A DNA stretch of 64,000 bases from an uncultured Acidimicrobiia bacterium (GCA_963786955.1 CAWBAT010000008.1:32001-96000), one strand, 5' to 3'; positions 9,564 to 20,057 are shown, numbered from the stretch's first letter. Notes: a model not told the origin generated them from the letters alone. Translations and numbers: made by a program.

Positions 9564-9899
9564 TTGGACTCAGAACAGTTTGATTTTCCACGCCTTAGTC
9601 TGAGTGTCCGGGCGCGTCAGTTTGTCGACTACTTTTTTTGTGTGGGCTACGGGATCATCGGGCTGCAGATCATACTTGACCTGGCTGGAGCTCACAACGA
9701 AAGCGGGTTCAAGAGGTTTCTAAATAAGGTTACTTATCCCATACTCGGACCGTTTGAGGGGATTTTCCCGGATCCCGTCTTCAATGACCGCTTTCACATC
9801 CGTATTTCCTATCTTGTCGCTCTCCTCGTGTATTTGCTGATTCATCTTGCCGTGTATTACTTCTTCAAGTTATTGCAGCCGAAGAGGCAACTGATATAG
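9564..9899 (+). CDS. YggT-like small membrane protein
   Basis: Two hydrophobic segments around GAHNESGFKRFLNKVTYPILGPFEGIFP; TTG start after a G-rich SD. Confidence 0.65.
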   Translation: MDSEQFDFPRLSLSVRARQFVDYFFCVGYGIIGLQIILDLAGAHNESGFKRFLNKVTYPILGPFEGIFPDPVFNDRFHIRISYLVALLVYLLIHLAVYYFFKLLQPKRQLI

Positions 9900-10401
9900 C
9901 CGGAAGAGTTTGTTCATCCTTGCTGACTGCTGGGATCAATGCTAAATTCCGCCTATATTGAAGAGACGCTGGTTGAAATCTTAAATGATCTGATTTCTGC
10001 CAGGCTGGTCCAGAGACAGTTTCGGATGAATAGGGCGTATCCCTTGGTTACCTTGAACCCCAGTGGATTGACGGATAACAGGATACATAGTGCCAGTATC
10101 CTGATTCGTAGATAATGGGTCCGTCTCTAATCATTATGCGGTATCTGTCCGATTTTCTTATATAGACCAGGGGGGTGTAAACATTGCATGTTAGAAAAGG
10201 AATTTGCGATAGTTAAGAGTAAGATCCAAACTTTGCGGAGGCAGGGAATTGACGGTCGCTTTGTGGAACACTTGAATCGTTGAGACCGCGGATCATGTAT
10301 AGCACGATTTCTATGAACAACACCCCCTTGCCGCTCCTAATGGCCACAGTGGGCTCGGAGGCATGATTATTCTAAGTTGCGTTTCAGAGGTGCGCGTCGC
10401 C

Positions 10402-11490
10402 ATGAATAAACCAGATCCTGAGGCAAATAATACCACCCGTCGTGAATTTCTTTATTCAATGTCGGCCATGGCTCTTTCTCAGTTTACGAAGACAGCTCAA
10501 CCAGTCGCATTGAAGTCATTTGGGATTGCCCAAGCTTCTTTTCGAATTCGGTTCACGCAGGCGGCCCAAGCCAGTGAGAGTAAAGAGCCGGCAATTCCTG
10601 CCGAGAAATATATTGATCTGTGTAAGTCGTTTGGCGGAGATGGCTGTCAGTTTGACTTCAGCCTTCTGAGTTCGACCGATGAGGATTATTTAAAGCGTCT
10701 CCGGCGTTCCCTCGAAGACAAGGGCATGTTTCTAGAGCTTTCCATGCCAGCCCAGTGGCTTGCGGACCCGAACACCTTGACCAATGCGGCGGCTGTGGCT
10801 AAGGAACTGGGCGCCACTCGCATTCGCGTCGCAATCAACGGGAGGCGCTATGAGGACTTTTCTTCACTCAAACAGTGGAAAGACTTTTATTCCCACTGGT
10901 TTGAAGTGATGCGCCAAGCTGAACCTCTGCTCAGGGGAAAAGGCTTGACCGTAGGGATTGAAAATCATGGGGACTGGATGGCAGACGAACTAGTGGAGAT
11001 CCTTCACCAGATTAACAGCCCACATCTGGGGGCCTGTGTCGACTTCGGAAACAGCTTGGCATTGCTTGAAGACCCTCTGGAAGTGGCCCGGAAATTAAGC
11101 CCCTATGCCGTGACCGCGCTACTAAAAGATATGACTATCAGTTCCACTGAAGACGGATTCCTATTGACAGATGTACCTTTAGGCCAGGGGATAATCCCGC
11201 TCGCAAAAATCATGGAAATCCTACGAAGAGGCCGCTCGGATATCCATTTTTGCCTGAACATGGATACGCGTGATCCATGGAAAGTTCCGTTCAAGAAGGA
11301 CAGATACTGGGTCGCTTACGAAGAAAGGAACGAGGAGCGAATCGAAAAATTTAAAACTTCCATTCTCAGCAAATCTTCTTCGGCGTCACTTCCTAAGGTG
11401 AGCGGGATGAGTAGTCCCAGAATGTTGGCCGTCGAAGATGACAACATCCGGAAATCCGTCTCTTATGCGAAGAGAACCTTGGGCTTTTAA
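10402..11490 (+). CDS. Sugar phosphate isomerase/epimerase (xylose isomerase-like TIM barrel), Tat signal
   Basis: TRREFL twin-arginine motif; GIENHGD, ACVDFGNSL, LKD and PLGQG motifs. Confidence 0.8.
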   Translation: MNKPDPEANNTTRREFLYSMSAMALSQFTKTAQPVALKSFGIAQASFRIRFTQAAQASESKEPAIPAEKYIDLCKSFGGDGCQFDFSLLSSTDEDYLKRLRRSLEDKGMFLELSMPAQWLADPNTLTNAAAVAKELGATRIRVAINGRRYEDFSSLKQWKDFYSHWFEVMRQAEPLLRGKGLTVGIENHGDWMADELVEILHQINSPHLGACVDFGNSLALLEDPLEVARKLSPYAVTALLKDMTISSTEDGFLLTDVPLGQGIIPLAKIMEILRRGRSDIHFCLNMDTRDPWKVPFKKDRYWVAYEERNEERIEKFKTSILSKSSSASLPKVSGMSSPRMLAVEDDNIRKSVSYAKRTLGF

Positions 11491-11580
11491 GAACTTGTTT
11501 CGGGAGTCCGGTAGTTCTTGCAGTGAGGCAAGAGTTGGGCATCTTCTTGCAACCCTGGCGAACGAGGCGGGGAGGCGTTT

Positions 11581-11994
11581 ATGAAGTACTTAATGGCTGT
11601 GTTGGCCTCACTCTTATCGGTTTGGCTCTTTTATTTTCTTGTGGCAGCATTTTTTGTTCAGTTTGAGGGGTTCCCGGTGATTTTGATTTGGCTGGGGAAT
11701 ATTATCCTCTTCTTGCTGAGCCACAGCGTCAGGCAGGTCCTCAGCCGATTTTTTTTCCTCTCGGCCATCGAGACGCTGGTCCCTCCTTTGGCCGCATTCA
11801 TTCATGGCTTCGGAAATGAGCAAGAGCTGCTCAAGTCTCTAATGAACAGTAGCCAGGATCCTGCACTGATCCGCTATCTAATCTCCAGTGGCTACGACAC
11901 CGAACGGGTAGTGATAACAAGCCTTGGATTCATGCTCATTTTTTCACTTTTTGCGTTCTTTCTTTCCCCTGAGACCGACCAGTTTAAGTATTGA
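11581..11994 (+). CDS. Hypothetical membrane protein
   Basis: SD GGGAGG and four hydrophobic segments. Confidence 0.6.
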   Translation: MKYLMAVLASLLSVWLFYFLVAAFFVQFEGFPVILIWLGNIILFLLSHSVRQVLSRFFFLSAIETLVPPLAAFIHGFGNEQELLKSLMNSSQDPALIRYLISSGYDTERVVITSLGFMLIFSLFAFFLSPETDQFKY

Positions 11995-12016
11995 TTCCGT
12001 TCGACGAACGCCAATA

Positions 12017-12087
12017 GGTGGAACGCGCGCTCCCGCGCGCGTTCAAGCGTGCGCCGGGGGACAGCGGTCCCACGCCCACGCTCCACC
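12017..12087. repeat. GTGG-type REP doublet, copy 1
   Basis: GGTGGAACGCGCGCTCC..GCGCGTTCA..AGCGTGCG..GGGACAGCGGTCCCACGC.CACGCTCCACC. Near-identical to 29978-30053 and lies between convergent genes. Confidence 0.8.
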
Positions 12088-12158
12088 CCGCCTGCAGACA
12101 GCTCGAAGCTGTGTTACTGTTTCCATGAAATGGAGCATTTGGGGGAACAGCCTCAGAC

Positions 12159-13196
12159 TCAACTCCACCTGAAGAGGCGAAAGGCCAGGAGAATGGAAAT
12201 CGCCCCCCAGGCCGAGACAATAGAGAGCCGCACCCATTGATCCAGTAGACCGGATCCTTCCAGGATAACGGAGCGCAAGGCGTCATTGAGTGCCGTCAAA
12301 GGCAATGCACGTATAAAGGGTTGCAAAGCTGCAGGAAAACGATCGGCTGAAAAGAAAACCCCGGATAAGACATACATTGGCAGCATGACCAGGTTGATCA
12401 GCCCAGAGATCGTCTCAATTTTCCGGGCCCGGCTTCCGCAAAGCAATCCTATCCCTGAAAAACAGAGTGATCCGATGAATGCCACGAGCACGATACTGAG
12501 CCAGGATCCTTGAATCATCATTCCAAAAGCATAAACGCCAAAAAGCAGAAGCAGAACCACTTCAGCAATCATAAAAACCAGTCGGCTGAAGACCAGGGAA
12601 AGCAGCAGATCCAGTCGCCGCATCGGGGTGGCGACCAAACGCTTTAAGAGTTTTTTCATGCGCATTTCCACCAGCCCGAATCCGATTCCCCACATTCCGC
12701 CGCCCATGAGGTTCATCCCTAACAGGCCAGGGATCAGAAAGTCGATATAGCGTGAACCCGGCTGAGAAATCAAAGTATCTTGAGTGTCGACCCTATTCTG
12801 TCGGCCCGCAGCGTTCTGTAAAGCATTATCCACCAAGGTGCGCGCCAGCAGGCTGTCCGGGCGAGTGGGATCATACCGATATTCATAGCTTTTCCCAGGG
12901 ATCACAACAACGGCCACTTTTCCTAGGCGAAGAGCTGAAGCGGCATGTTCTACCGGGAGGATCTGCACTTCCACCCCAGGTGCGTCTTTCAATTTCGCGA
13001 CAACGGTACTGGCCTCTCCACCTTCCGTTATCGCTACCCAGATTTTTTCAGGGGGGCGATTGCGAAAGGCAATCCCCAGTCCGATGGCCAGAAGAATAGG
13101 AAAGCCGAATACCCAGAAAATGACCTCGGGTTCACGATAAAACTCGCGAAAATTCCAAAGGATGAGCTCGACGAGCGGGCTGCGATTTTTCATCAA
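12159..13196 (-). CDS. ABC-2 type exporter permease
   Basis: REPEVIFWVFGFP, RYIDFLIPGLLGMNLM, LKRLVATPM, LSGVFFS, LPLTALNDALR. Confidence 0.9.
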   Translation of the reverse strand: MMKNRSPLVELILWNFREFYREPEVIFWVFGFPILLAIGLGIAFRNRPPEKIWVAITEGGEASTVVAKLKDAPGVEVQILPVEHAASALRLGKVAVVVIPGKSYEYRYDPTRPDSLLARTLVDNALQNAAGRQNRVDTQDTLISQPGSRYIDFLIPGLLGMNLMGGGMWGIGFGLVEMRMKKLLKRLVATPMRRLDLLLSLVFSRLVFMIAEVVLLLLFGVYAFGMMIQGSWLSIVLVAFIGSLCFSGIGLLCGSRARKIETISGLINLVMLPMYVLSGVFFSADRFPAALQPFIRALPLTALNDALRSVILEGSGLLDQWVRLSIVSAWGAISILLAFRLFRWS

Positions 13197-13308
13197 TGAT
13201 CCCTTTCCGTCGGAAGGAATTTACAAAAGCTTAAAGTTGCTGTCTCAGTGTCGTTTTCTCGGAATGTAAAATGGATCCCTTTCAACAGCGTGCTTTACCC
13301 AAGATGTC

Positions 13309-14256
13309 TCAATCGTCGCGCAAATGCCTTCCGGTAAGCTTTACAAACACATCTTCCAGGCTGGCGTGCCGGGTGGTCAGGCGGGCTAAGGGAATTCCCT
13401 TGTTGTTCAGTAAAGAAATAAGTTTGGGGATGGCAAGGTGTGGCTCTTGAACCTGCAAAGAGAATCCATCGGGCAGCGAACGGGCCGAATTGACGGAATC
13501 GAGCCCCACTAAAAGTTCAGAGGAAATAGCCGCATTCGGGACATCTTCCACGGCAAACTCCACCACATGTTCTCCGCCGAGCGATGCAATGAGTTCGCGC
13601 GGCGAGCCCAACGCGATGAGTTTTCCATGATCCACAATCCCCACCCGACCGCAAAGGCGCTCAGCCTCATCCATATAGTGAGTGGTGAGCAAGATCGTAC
13701 CGCCATTCCCCTGAAACCGATGAATAATATCCCACAGTTGACGACGTGATTGCGGATCAAGACCGGTGGTCGGCTCATCCAGAAAAAGGACTTGTGGGTC
13801 ACCCACCAGTGCACAAGCCACTGCCAATCGTTGCCGTTGCCCGCCGGATAGCTTATTGACCCAAGTATTCCCTTTTTCGGTTAATTCAACCTCGTCCATC
13901 ACAGCCTTGGGGGCGCGCCCTTCCCGATAAAAACTTCGGAACAGAGCCAAGACCTCGTGAACTGTCAGTTTGTCGGGCAATTTTGTTTCTTGTAATGAGA
14001 TTCCCAGCCCTTCACGAAGTTCTTGATCTGCTTCTCCCCAACGTTTTCCGAGGATCTCGACTAGCCCGGCCGTAGGCTCGATGAGACCTTCCAAGATCTC
14101 AATCGTTGTGGTCTTCCCAGCCCCATTAGGGCCCAACAAGCCAAAACACTCCCCTTTATAAATTTCCAGGTCAAGTCCCCTTACGGCTTCCACCTGATTG
14201 TCATAGTTCTTATACAGATTCCTGCAACGAATGGCTTCTTGAACCATAATTTTCAT
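13309..14256 (-). CDS. ABC transporter ATP-binding protein (NodI/DrrA-like)
   Basis: GPNGAGKTT, LSGGQRQR, LFLDEPTTGLDP, TTHYMDEAE. Exact start uncertain (14247-14274). Confidence 0.92.
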   Translation of the reverse strand: MKIMVQEAIRCRNLYKNYDNQVEAVRGLDLEIYKGECFGLLGPNGAGKTTTIEILEGLIEPTAGLVEILGKRWGEADQELREGLGISLQETKLPDKLTVHEVLALFRSFYREGRAPKAVMDEVELTEKGNTWVNKLSGGQRQRLAVACALVGDPQVLFLDEPTTGLDPQSRRQLWDIIHRFQGNGGTILLTTHYMDEAERLCGRVGIVDHGKLIALGSPRELIASLGGEHVVEFAVEDVPNAAISSELLVGLDSVNSARSLPDGFSLQVQEPHLAIPKLISLLNNKGIPLARLTTRHASLEDVFVKLTGRHLRDD

Positions 14257-14434
14257 ATTAACACAAGCCCTCACCAGGCCTCGGGAATTGGATTTCGTGG
14301 TTCGGGTAAAGTCTTCCTAATTCGTCCCACAGATGCTAACATGAGCTGCTTAAATTGCAGGCCTTGCTCTTCTTTCAAGGGAGAGACCGAGACACATGCA
14401 TGATGTGGAATTCAATACAGGCTTTTGGAAAACA

Positions 14435-15760
14435 ATGAAGAAGATAGGATTTGTCAGTCTCGGATGTGAGAAAAACCTCGTGGATACCGAGGTGATGATG
14501 GGGCTGTTGAACCAACGGGGTTACCAGATCACTCCAGAACCTCAAACGGCCGACATTATCGTTGTCAATACCTGCGGATTTATAGACAAGGCCAAGCAAG
14601 AGAGTATTGATACTATTCTGGAGATGGCTGAGTACAAAAACTCCGGGAATTGTTCCCGCCTCGTCGTGACAGGCTGCCTCGTTGAAAGATATCGGTCCGA
14701 AATTCAAAAAGAAATTCCCGAAGTGGATGCCGTTTTGGGGACAACTCAAATCGAGTCCATCATCCAGCTTTGCGAGAACACTGAGCCGCCGAAAATTGAC
14801 AATCCTTACTACCTCTACGATGAACATTCTCCACGCCTACTCACGACACCCCGCTTTACGGCCTACATTAAGATCGCGGAAGGATGCGACCGCCCGTGTA
14901 CATTCTGTATTATCCCCAAGATACGAGGCCACTATCGCAGCCGCCCCTTATCCTCTATTCTGAATGAAGCTCGTTTTCTGGCCGAAAACGGAGTCAAAGA
15001 AATCGTCTTGATTTCCCAAGAAACAACAAAATACGGCGACGATATCGGCCTCAAACATGGGATTTCTGATCTCCTCCGTCAACTCTCCGCCATTGAGGGG
15101 TTGCGGTGGATTCGATTCCTTTACTGCTTTCCTTCTCAAGTCGATGAGTCCCTATTAGACACACTGAGAGAAGAGGACAAGGTCTGCAGTTATATCGATA
15201 TACCGTTGCAGCACGCCAATGGAAGACTCTTGAAATCCATGCAACGCGGCGGTAATGCCGACAGCTTACGAAGGTTTGTGGAGCATATCCGCCAAAAGGT
15301 TCCGGGTGTGACGATGCGAACCTCGATGATTGTGGGCTATCCCAGTGAAACCGAGGAAGAGTTTGCCGAACTCTGTCATTTTGTCGAGGAGATGGAATTC
15401 GACCGGTTGGGGACGTTTACCTATTCTGATGAAGAGGGAACCGGCAGTTATTTGTTAGATGGCAAGTTGCCTTCCCGTACCATCAACCAGCGAAAGAATC
15501 ACCTCATGCGATTACAGGCTAAGATTTCGAAGAAAAAAAATCGACAGCTTATCGGAAAGCGATTTCCGTTGTTAGTAGAAGGCCATTCCGAAGAAACAGA
15601 TCTCCTTTGGCAAGGACGCATGGAGTCCCAGGCTCCCCGCATCGATGGGGTAGTCTTAATTAACGATGTGGAAGGTGAAATGCCACAAGCCGGTGAATTT
15701 CGCACGGTTGAGATTGCTCAAAGCATGGAATATGACTTAATGGGCAAACTGGTCTGTTGA
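14435..15760 (+). CDS. rimO: Ribosomal protein S12 methylthiotransferase
   Basis: SLGCEKNLVDTE, VNTCGFI, YIKIAEGCDRPCTFCIIP (radical SAM), YIDIPLQH, QAPRIDG. Confidence 0.95.
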   Translation: MKKIGFVSLGCEKNLVDTEVMMGLLNQRGYQITPEPQTADIIVVNTCGFIDKAKQESIDTILEMAEYKNSGNCSRLVVTGCLVERYRSEIQKEIPEVDAVLGTTQIESIIQLCENTEPPKIDNPYYLYDEHSPRLLTTPRFTAYIKIAEGCDRPCTFCIIPKIRGHYRSRPLSSILNEARFLAENGVKEIVLISQETTKYGDDIGLKHGISDLLRQLSAIEGLRWIRFLYCFPSQVDESLLDTLREEDKVCSYIDIPLQHANGRLLKSMQRGGNADSLRRFVEHIRQKVPGVTMRTSMIVGYPSETEEEFAELCHFVEEMEFDRLGTFTYSDEEGTGSYLLDGKLPSRTINQRKNHLMRLQAKISKKKNRQLIGKRFPLLVEGHSEETDLLWQGRMESQAPRIDGVVLINDVEGEMPQAGEFRTVEIAQSMEYDLMGKLVC

Positions 15761-15784
15761 GGATTCCAGAATAAAGTGACGACT

Positions 15785-15907
15785 CCTCACTCCCCGGCCC
15801 TTCTCCCATTGGTGAGAGGGCGTCCCTTCAGCTGAAGGGCAGGTTGAGGGGCAAAGTGTCCATTGAAACGACCTCCAAGATTGTCACGATGAATTGCAAA
15901 CAGCGAT
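15785..15907 (+). repeat. Hairpin repeat plus 63-nt tail shared with 23767-23829
   Basis: CCTCACTCCCCGGCCCTTCTCCC..GAGAGGG..GTTGAGGGG hairpins; 15845-15907 matches 23767-23829 at 53 of 63 positions. Confidence 0.7.
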
Positions 15908-16068
15908 CAGTGCCGCCCATTGTTTTAAAGCTGAATTACGTTGTACCGTTTGATTTCAATCTTCTCGCCCACGATTGGTACATCTTTAGTAACACGGAGA
16001 GGACGTGGGCTGTTGTCACCCGATGACGGAGAATGCGCTCCTTACAAATGAGAGCGGGGCCCGCCTAC

Positions 16069-16254
16069 ATGAAATGTCCTATCTGCAAAAAGGAAGCAAG
16101 GTGGGAAGGAAATACATTTCGCCCCTTTTGTAGCGAAAGATGCAAACTCATTGACTTGGGGAACTGGGCCAGCGAAAGGTATCGCGTTGCTCGCCAAGAC
16201 GAAGAGCCGGAAGAAGAACCTAGCATGGAAGAGAATCCAGCGAACGAGCCGTGA
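16069..16254 (+). CDS. yacG: DNA gyrase inhibitor YacG
   Basis: MKCPICKK...[22 protein letters not shown]. Confidence 0.92.
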   Translation: MKCPICKKEARWEGNTFRPFCSERCKLIDLGNWASERYRVARQDEEPEEEPSMEENPANEP

Positions 16255-16282
16255 AGTTAATGCACAGTGTCCTTGCATCCAG

Positions 16283-16801
16283 ATGACCACCGTTAGACCC
16301 AAAATAAAGCTGGCACTGACAGACCGAGTGGCTCTCTTGATCGCGACGGGGTTGGGGATAGGTTACGCCCCTGTGGCGCCTGGAACATTCGGCTCATTCT
16401 TGGGGATTCTTCTTATCCTTTTGCTCTCCCGATTAGGATGGGAAGACGGACATCGGGTCGCTTTCTATTTAGTCATGGTGGGGATCATCAGCGCCATTGG
16501 AATATGGGCTGCTTCAAGAGCGGAGTCCATTTTCCAGCGGAAGGATCCCCCTCAAGTGGTGATCGATGAAATCGTAGGGCAGTTATTAACCTTTGGCTTG
16601 ATTTTCAGGAATCCCCGGTTTCTCCTGCTCTTGATTGGATTCCTCTTCTTTCGACTCTTTGACATTGTAAAACCTTTTCCAATCCGTAAGCTTGAAAAGG
16701 CGCCGCTTGGATTTGGGATTATGTTAGATGATCTTGTCGCGGGTTTTTACGCCTCGCTGGTTGTCAAAATTTTGCACCTTTTTTGGCCTGACCTGGCTTA
16801 A
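16283..16801 (+). CDS. pgpA: Phosphatidylglycerophosphatase A
   Basis: GYAPVAPGTFGS, KDPPQVVIDEIVGQ, FRLFDIVKPFPI, GIMLDDLVAG. Confidence 0.93.
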   Translation: MTTVRPKIKLALTDRVALLIATGLGIGYAPVAPGTFGSFLGILLILLLSRLGWEDGHRVAFYLVMVGIISAIGIWAASRAESIFQRKDPPQVVIDEIVGQLLTFGLIFRNPRFLLLLIGFLFFRLFDIVKPFPIRKLEKAPLGFGIMLDDLVAGFYASLVVKILHLFWPDLA

Positions 16802-16942
16802 TGCCATTGTGTTCGTAATTGGGAAGATGACCAGGACCTATTCTTGAGCCACTTTCGGGGGGGGGACTTGTTGATCCTTTGTTCCGGTGAAGGTGGAAGA
16901 AGAGGGTTCCTGAGATTTAGGTAAGGAACGAACCTTCGCACC

Positions 16943-17950
16943 ATGATTAAGATTATCGAAATTTCTCCATCGGTAGCTCTTCCGGGTGGTAATATTCTGA
17001 TCCGCTGGATGGGGAGACCTCGAGAAGCCTTTTCCCGCCCGACAGTCTTTTTCAACGATCTCCCGGCACATTTGATTTCTGCCTCCTCGGAATTGATTGT
17101 GGCGCAGGTGCCTGCCGACGCTCGAAGCGGGAAGATGTGGTTTACCCTTGAGGACGAGGAGAGCAATAGTCTTCCCATTGAGATTGCGCGTCTTTTGGCA
17201 TCGGATCTCCACCCGGTCGCGAACCCGGCGCTGGACTCTTCGGGGAGCATCTATACTACTCTCAGTGGACGTCGCGGGGAAAAGGTCAGCAACTCGGTTT
17301 TCAGAGTCGATGCCTCGGGCAAAGTCCAGGCATTTGTGAGTGATTTGATGAACCCCACAAGCCTGGCGTTTAACAACCAAGGCGAACTGTTCATCTCAAG
17401 TCGACACGAGGAAAATGTCTACAAAGTTTCCCCCTTTGGGGAGAAGAGCATTTATACCAAGGGAATGGGCGTAGCAACTGGGATTGCCTTTGATCGGGAA
17501 GACAACTTGTATGTCGGAGATCGGAGCGGAAACGTATTCAAAATTGATCGCAAACGCGAGATTTTTGTGTTGGCAACCCTGGAGCCCAGTGTCTCAGCGT
17601 ATCACTTAGCGTTTGATGCCGATCAAAATCTCTATGTCACGGGCCCAACGACTTCAAGTGTGGACCATATCTATCAGATTACTTCAAACGGAACGGTTTC
17701 CATCTTCTATTCAGGTTTGGGAAGGCCCCAGGGGCTGGCATTCGACAGTCGCGGCACTCTTTATGTGGCGGCCTCCCTCGAAGGACGTCGCGGAATTGTG
17801 GCAGTAACCCCTGAACGTGAGGCCAGGATTGTTGTCTCTGGAAATAACCTCGTGGGCTTAGCCTTCGGCTTCCATCATGACCTGTATCTGTGCAGTACCG
17901 ATTCCATCTACCACGTGAATTTTAGCGTTATGGGCAAGCCTCTCCCCTAG
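16943..17950 (+). CDS. IPT/TIG plus NHL/SMP-30-like beta-propeller protein
   Basis: N-terminal Ig-like segment, then repeats of P.GLAFD..G.LYV. Confidence 0.75.
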   Translation: MIKIIEISPSVALPGGNILIRWMGRPREAFSRPTVFFNDLPAHLISASSELIVAQVPADARSGKMWFTLEDEESNSLPIEIARLLASDLHPVANPALDSSGSIYTTLSGRRGEKVSNSVFRVDASGKVQAFVSDLMNPTSLAFNNQGELFISSRHEENVYKVSPFGEKSIYTKGMGVATGIAFDREDNLYVGDRSGNVFKIDRKREIFVLATLEPSVSAYHLAFDADQNLYVTGPTTSSVDHIYQITSNGTVSIFYSGLGRPQGLAFDSRGTLYVAASLEGRRGIVAVTPEREARIVVSGNNLVGLAFGFHHDLYLCSTDSIYHVNFSVMGKPLP

Positions 17951-18099
17951 TAACAAGATGCGCTCATGCAGGCGCGTCCTTCCATTGGAGAGTATTGGCT
18001 CCCACTGGCTAGCGGAGAATAGCTGGGAAAAGGCCGGACGATCGTAGGCCGAATGTCGGATCTAAACCTTGGGCCGTTCAAGCAAGGACCCCTCCTCAA

Positions 18100-19347
18100 A
18101 TGATTAAGAGCGCAGAGATAATCGCAATTGGTTCTGAGTTATTGACTCCCAATTGCATCGATACCAACTCGCTGTTCTTGACCGAGCGATTAAACTCGAT
18201 TGGGATCGAAGTCGAAATGAAAACCATTGTCGGCGACAACGAGGCTTATCTGGAGCAATTGGTTCGAGAATCGATTAAGCGTTCTTCGCTTGTTATTTCG
18301 ACTGGCGGCCTTGGGCCGACTGAGGACGACGTTACCAAGAAAGTCTTTGCAAGAGTTCTGAAGAGACAAATGGTACTGGATGATCAAATTCTCGATCGTA
18401 TCCAGGCGCGATTTCACGCTCGAGGAATGACGATGCCCGCCATTAATGCCAGACAGGCCCTCGTGCCAGTGGGGGCAACCGTTCTGGAGAATGTGGCAGG
18501 AACCGCACCGGGCTTGTGGATGGAAGAGGGGGAATGCCGAATCATCCTTCTGCCCGGTCCGCCCAGCGAACTCAAGTCCATGTTTGATAGCTCTTGCTTG
18601 CCCAGGTTAGCCGAACTTTCAGGCGGAGCAAGGCTTTTCACCCAAGTTTTTAAGGTCACCGGTCTGAGCGAATCTGCGCTGGACGAGCGGATCTCACCAA
18701 TTTACGTCAAATATAAGAATCCGGTCACGACAGTTCTGGCAACCTACCCGAGTGAAGTTCAAATTCACTTGACGGGCCGTGGCAAGTCTGAAGAAGATGC
18801 CAGAAAAATTGTGATGGAGCTGGCCGATCAAATTGAAATTGAGTTGGGCGATGATATCTTTTCTCGAGGTGAAGAGAATTTAGAACAGATCGTTGGCTAT
18901 TACCTCCTGATGCGCCGTCACACCCTTGCAGTTGCCGAAAGTTGCACGGGGGGGCTAATTTCTCAGAGAATAACGTCGGTTCCAGGAAGCTCCGCGTATT
19001 TCCTTTGTGGAATCACCTGCTACAGCAATCAATCTAAGATTGAATTGGCAGGGATTCCGCCGCTTCACATTGAAATGAATGGGGCCGTCAGCCCGGAGAT
19101 AGCCAAGGGCCTGGCTGAAGGGATTCGCGAACGGACAGGAGCAACCGTGGGTGTCGGAGTGACAGGAATCGCGGGACCTTCCGGGGCCACAGTCGAAAAA
19201 CCGGTTGGGCTGGTTTACATTGCCCTATCCATGGCAGATTGCTTGGAGCATCGCGAATGTCGCTTCGGGGGGGATCGCGAGCGAATTCGGCAGTGGTCTT
19301 CGCAGGTTGCACTGGATATGGTGCGGCGAAAGTTGATGTACGGATGA
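18100..19347 (+). CDS. cinA: Competence/damage-inducible protein A (molybdopterin-binding-like domain plus NMN deamidase)
   Basis: AIGSELL, TGGLGPTEDD, LPGPPSE, AESCTGG, GAVS, TGIAGPSG, KPVGLV. Confidence 0.93.
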   Translation: MIKSAEIIAIGSELLTPNCIDTNSLFLTERLNSIGIEVEMKTIVGDNEAYLEQLVRESIKRSSLVISTGGLGPTEDDVTKKVFARVLKRQMVLDDQILDRIQARFHARGMTMPAINARQALVPVGATVLENVAGTAPGLWMEEGECRIILLPGPPSELKSMFDSSCLPRLAELSGGARLFTQVFKVTGLSESALDERISPIYVKYKNPVTTVLATYPSEVQIHLTGRGKSEEDARKIVMELADQIEIELGDDIFSRGEENLEQIVGYYLLMRRHTLAVAESCTGGLISQRITSVPGSSAYFLCGITCYSNQSKIELAGIPPLHIEMNGAVSPEIAKGLAEGIRERTGATVGVGVTGIAGPSGATVEKPVGLVYIALSMADCLEHRECRFGGDRERIRQWSSQVALDMVRRKLMYG

Positions 19348-19964
19348 CCTTATATTGGCGGGAGCTTCTTCTCATCATCATCGCCTATGGCATCGGTTCA
19401 ATCCCCTTTGGCTACCTGATCGTTCAAGTCAAAAAGGGATTTGACGTCCGTTCGGTCGGCAGTGGAAATATCGGAGCGACCAACGTTTTGAGAACCGTCG
19501 GCCGATCAGGCGCCTTTTTGACGCTGTTTCTGGATGGAGCGAAAGGATTTCTGGTGGTGTGGATTGCAGATTCCTGGACAGGTCATAATCCGGTTGCGAT
19601 CGGTCTTTCAGCCGTGGCCGTTCTCCTGGGGCACATTTTTCCGGTCTTTTTGCGTTTTCGAGGCGGGAAAGGGGTTGCGACCGCGCTCGGTATTTTCCTT
19701 TACATTGGGCTGACTCCGATACTCTGGACCCTTGGAATATTCTCTGCGGTAGTGTTGATTTCACGATACATCTCTCTGGGGTCGATTATCGCTGCGGCAA
19801 TTTTTCCAATCTTATATTTTTTCATGCAATTTAAGCATCAGCCCTCCGTCTGGCTACTCATCTCTGTATGTTTCTGCTGTTTTCTGGTCATTGTAAAACA
19901 TCATGACAATTTACGCAGGTTACTTGCCGGCAGAGAAAATAAGTTCTCAGCCGCCACGAAGTGA
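19344..19964 (+). CDS. plsY: Glycerol-3-phosphate acyltransferase PlsY
   Basis: GSIPFG, GSGNIGATNVLR, DGAKG, GHIFPVF..FRGGKGVAT, KHHDNLRRL. ATGA overlap with cinA. Confidence 0.95.
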   Translation: MTLYWRELLLIIIAYGIGSIPFGYLIVQVKKGFDVRSVGSGNIGATNVLRTVGRSGAFLTLFLDGAKGFLVVWIADSWTGHNPVAIGLSAVAVLLGHIFPVFLRFRGGKGVATALGIFLYIGLTPILWTLGIFSAVVLISRYISLGSIIAAAIFPILYFFMQFKHQPSVWLLISVCFCCFLVIVKHHDNLRRLLAGRENKFSAATK

Positions 19965-20057
19965 AGCTTTTGTTTGGAGGGGCCCGATTATCTCGTTTCA
20001 AGTTCAAATTATAGCGAGGGGCACGGCCTCTTGCTTTGTTCGTGAAAAGTGCTTTCT

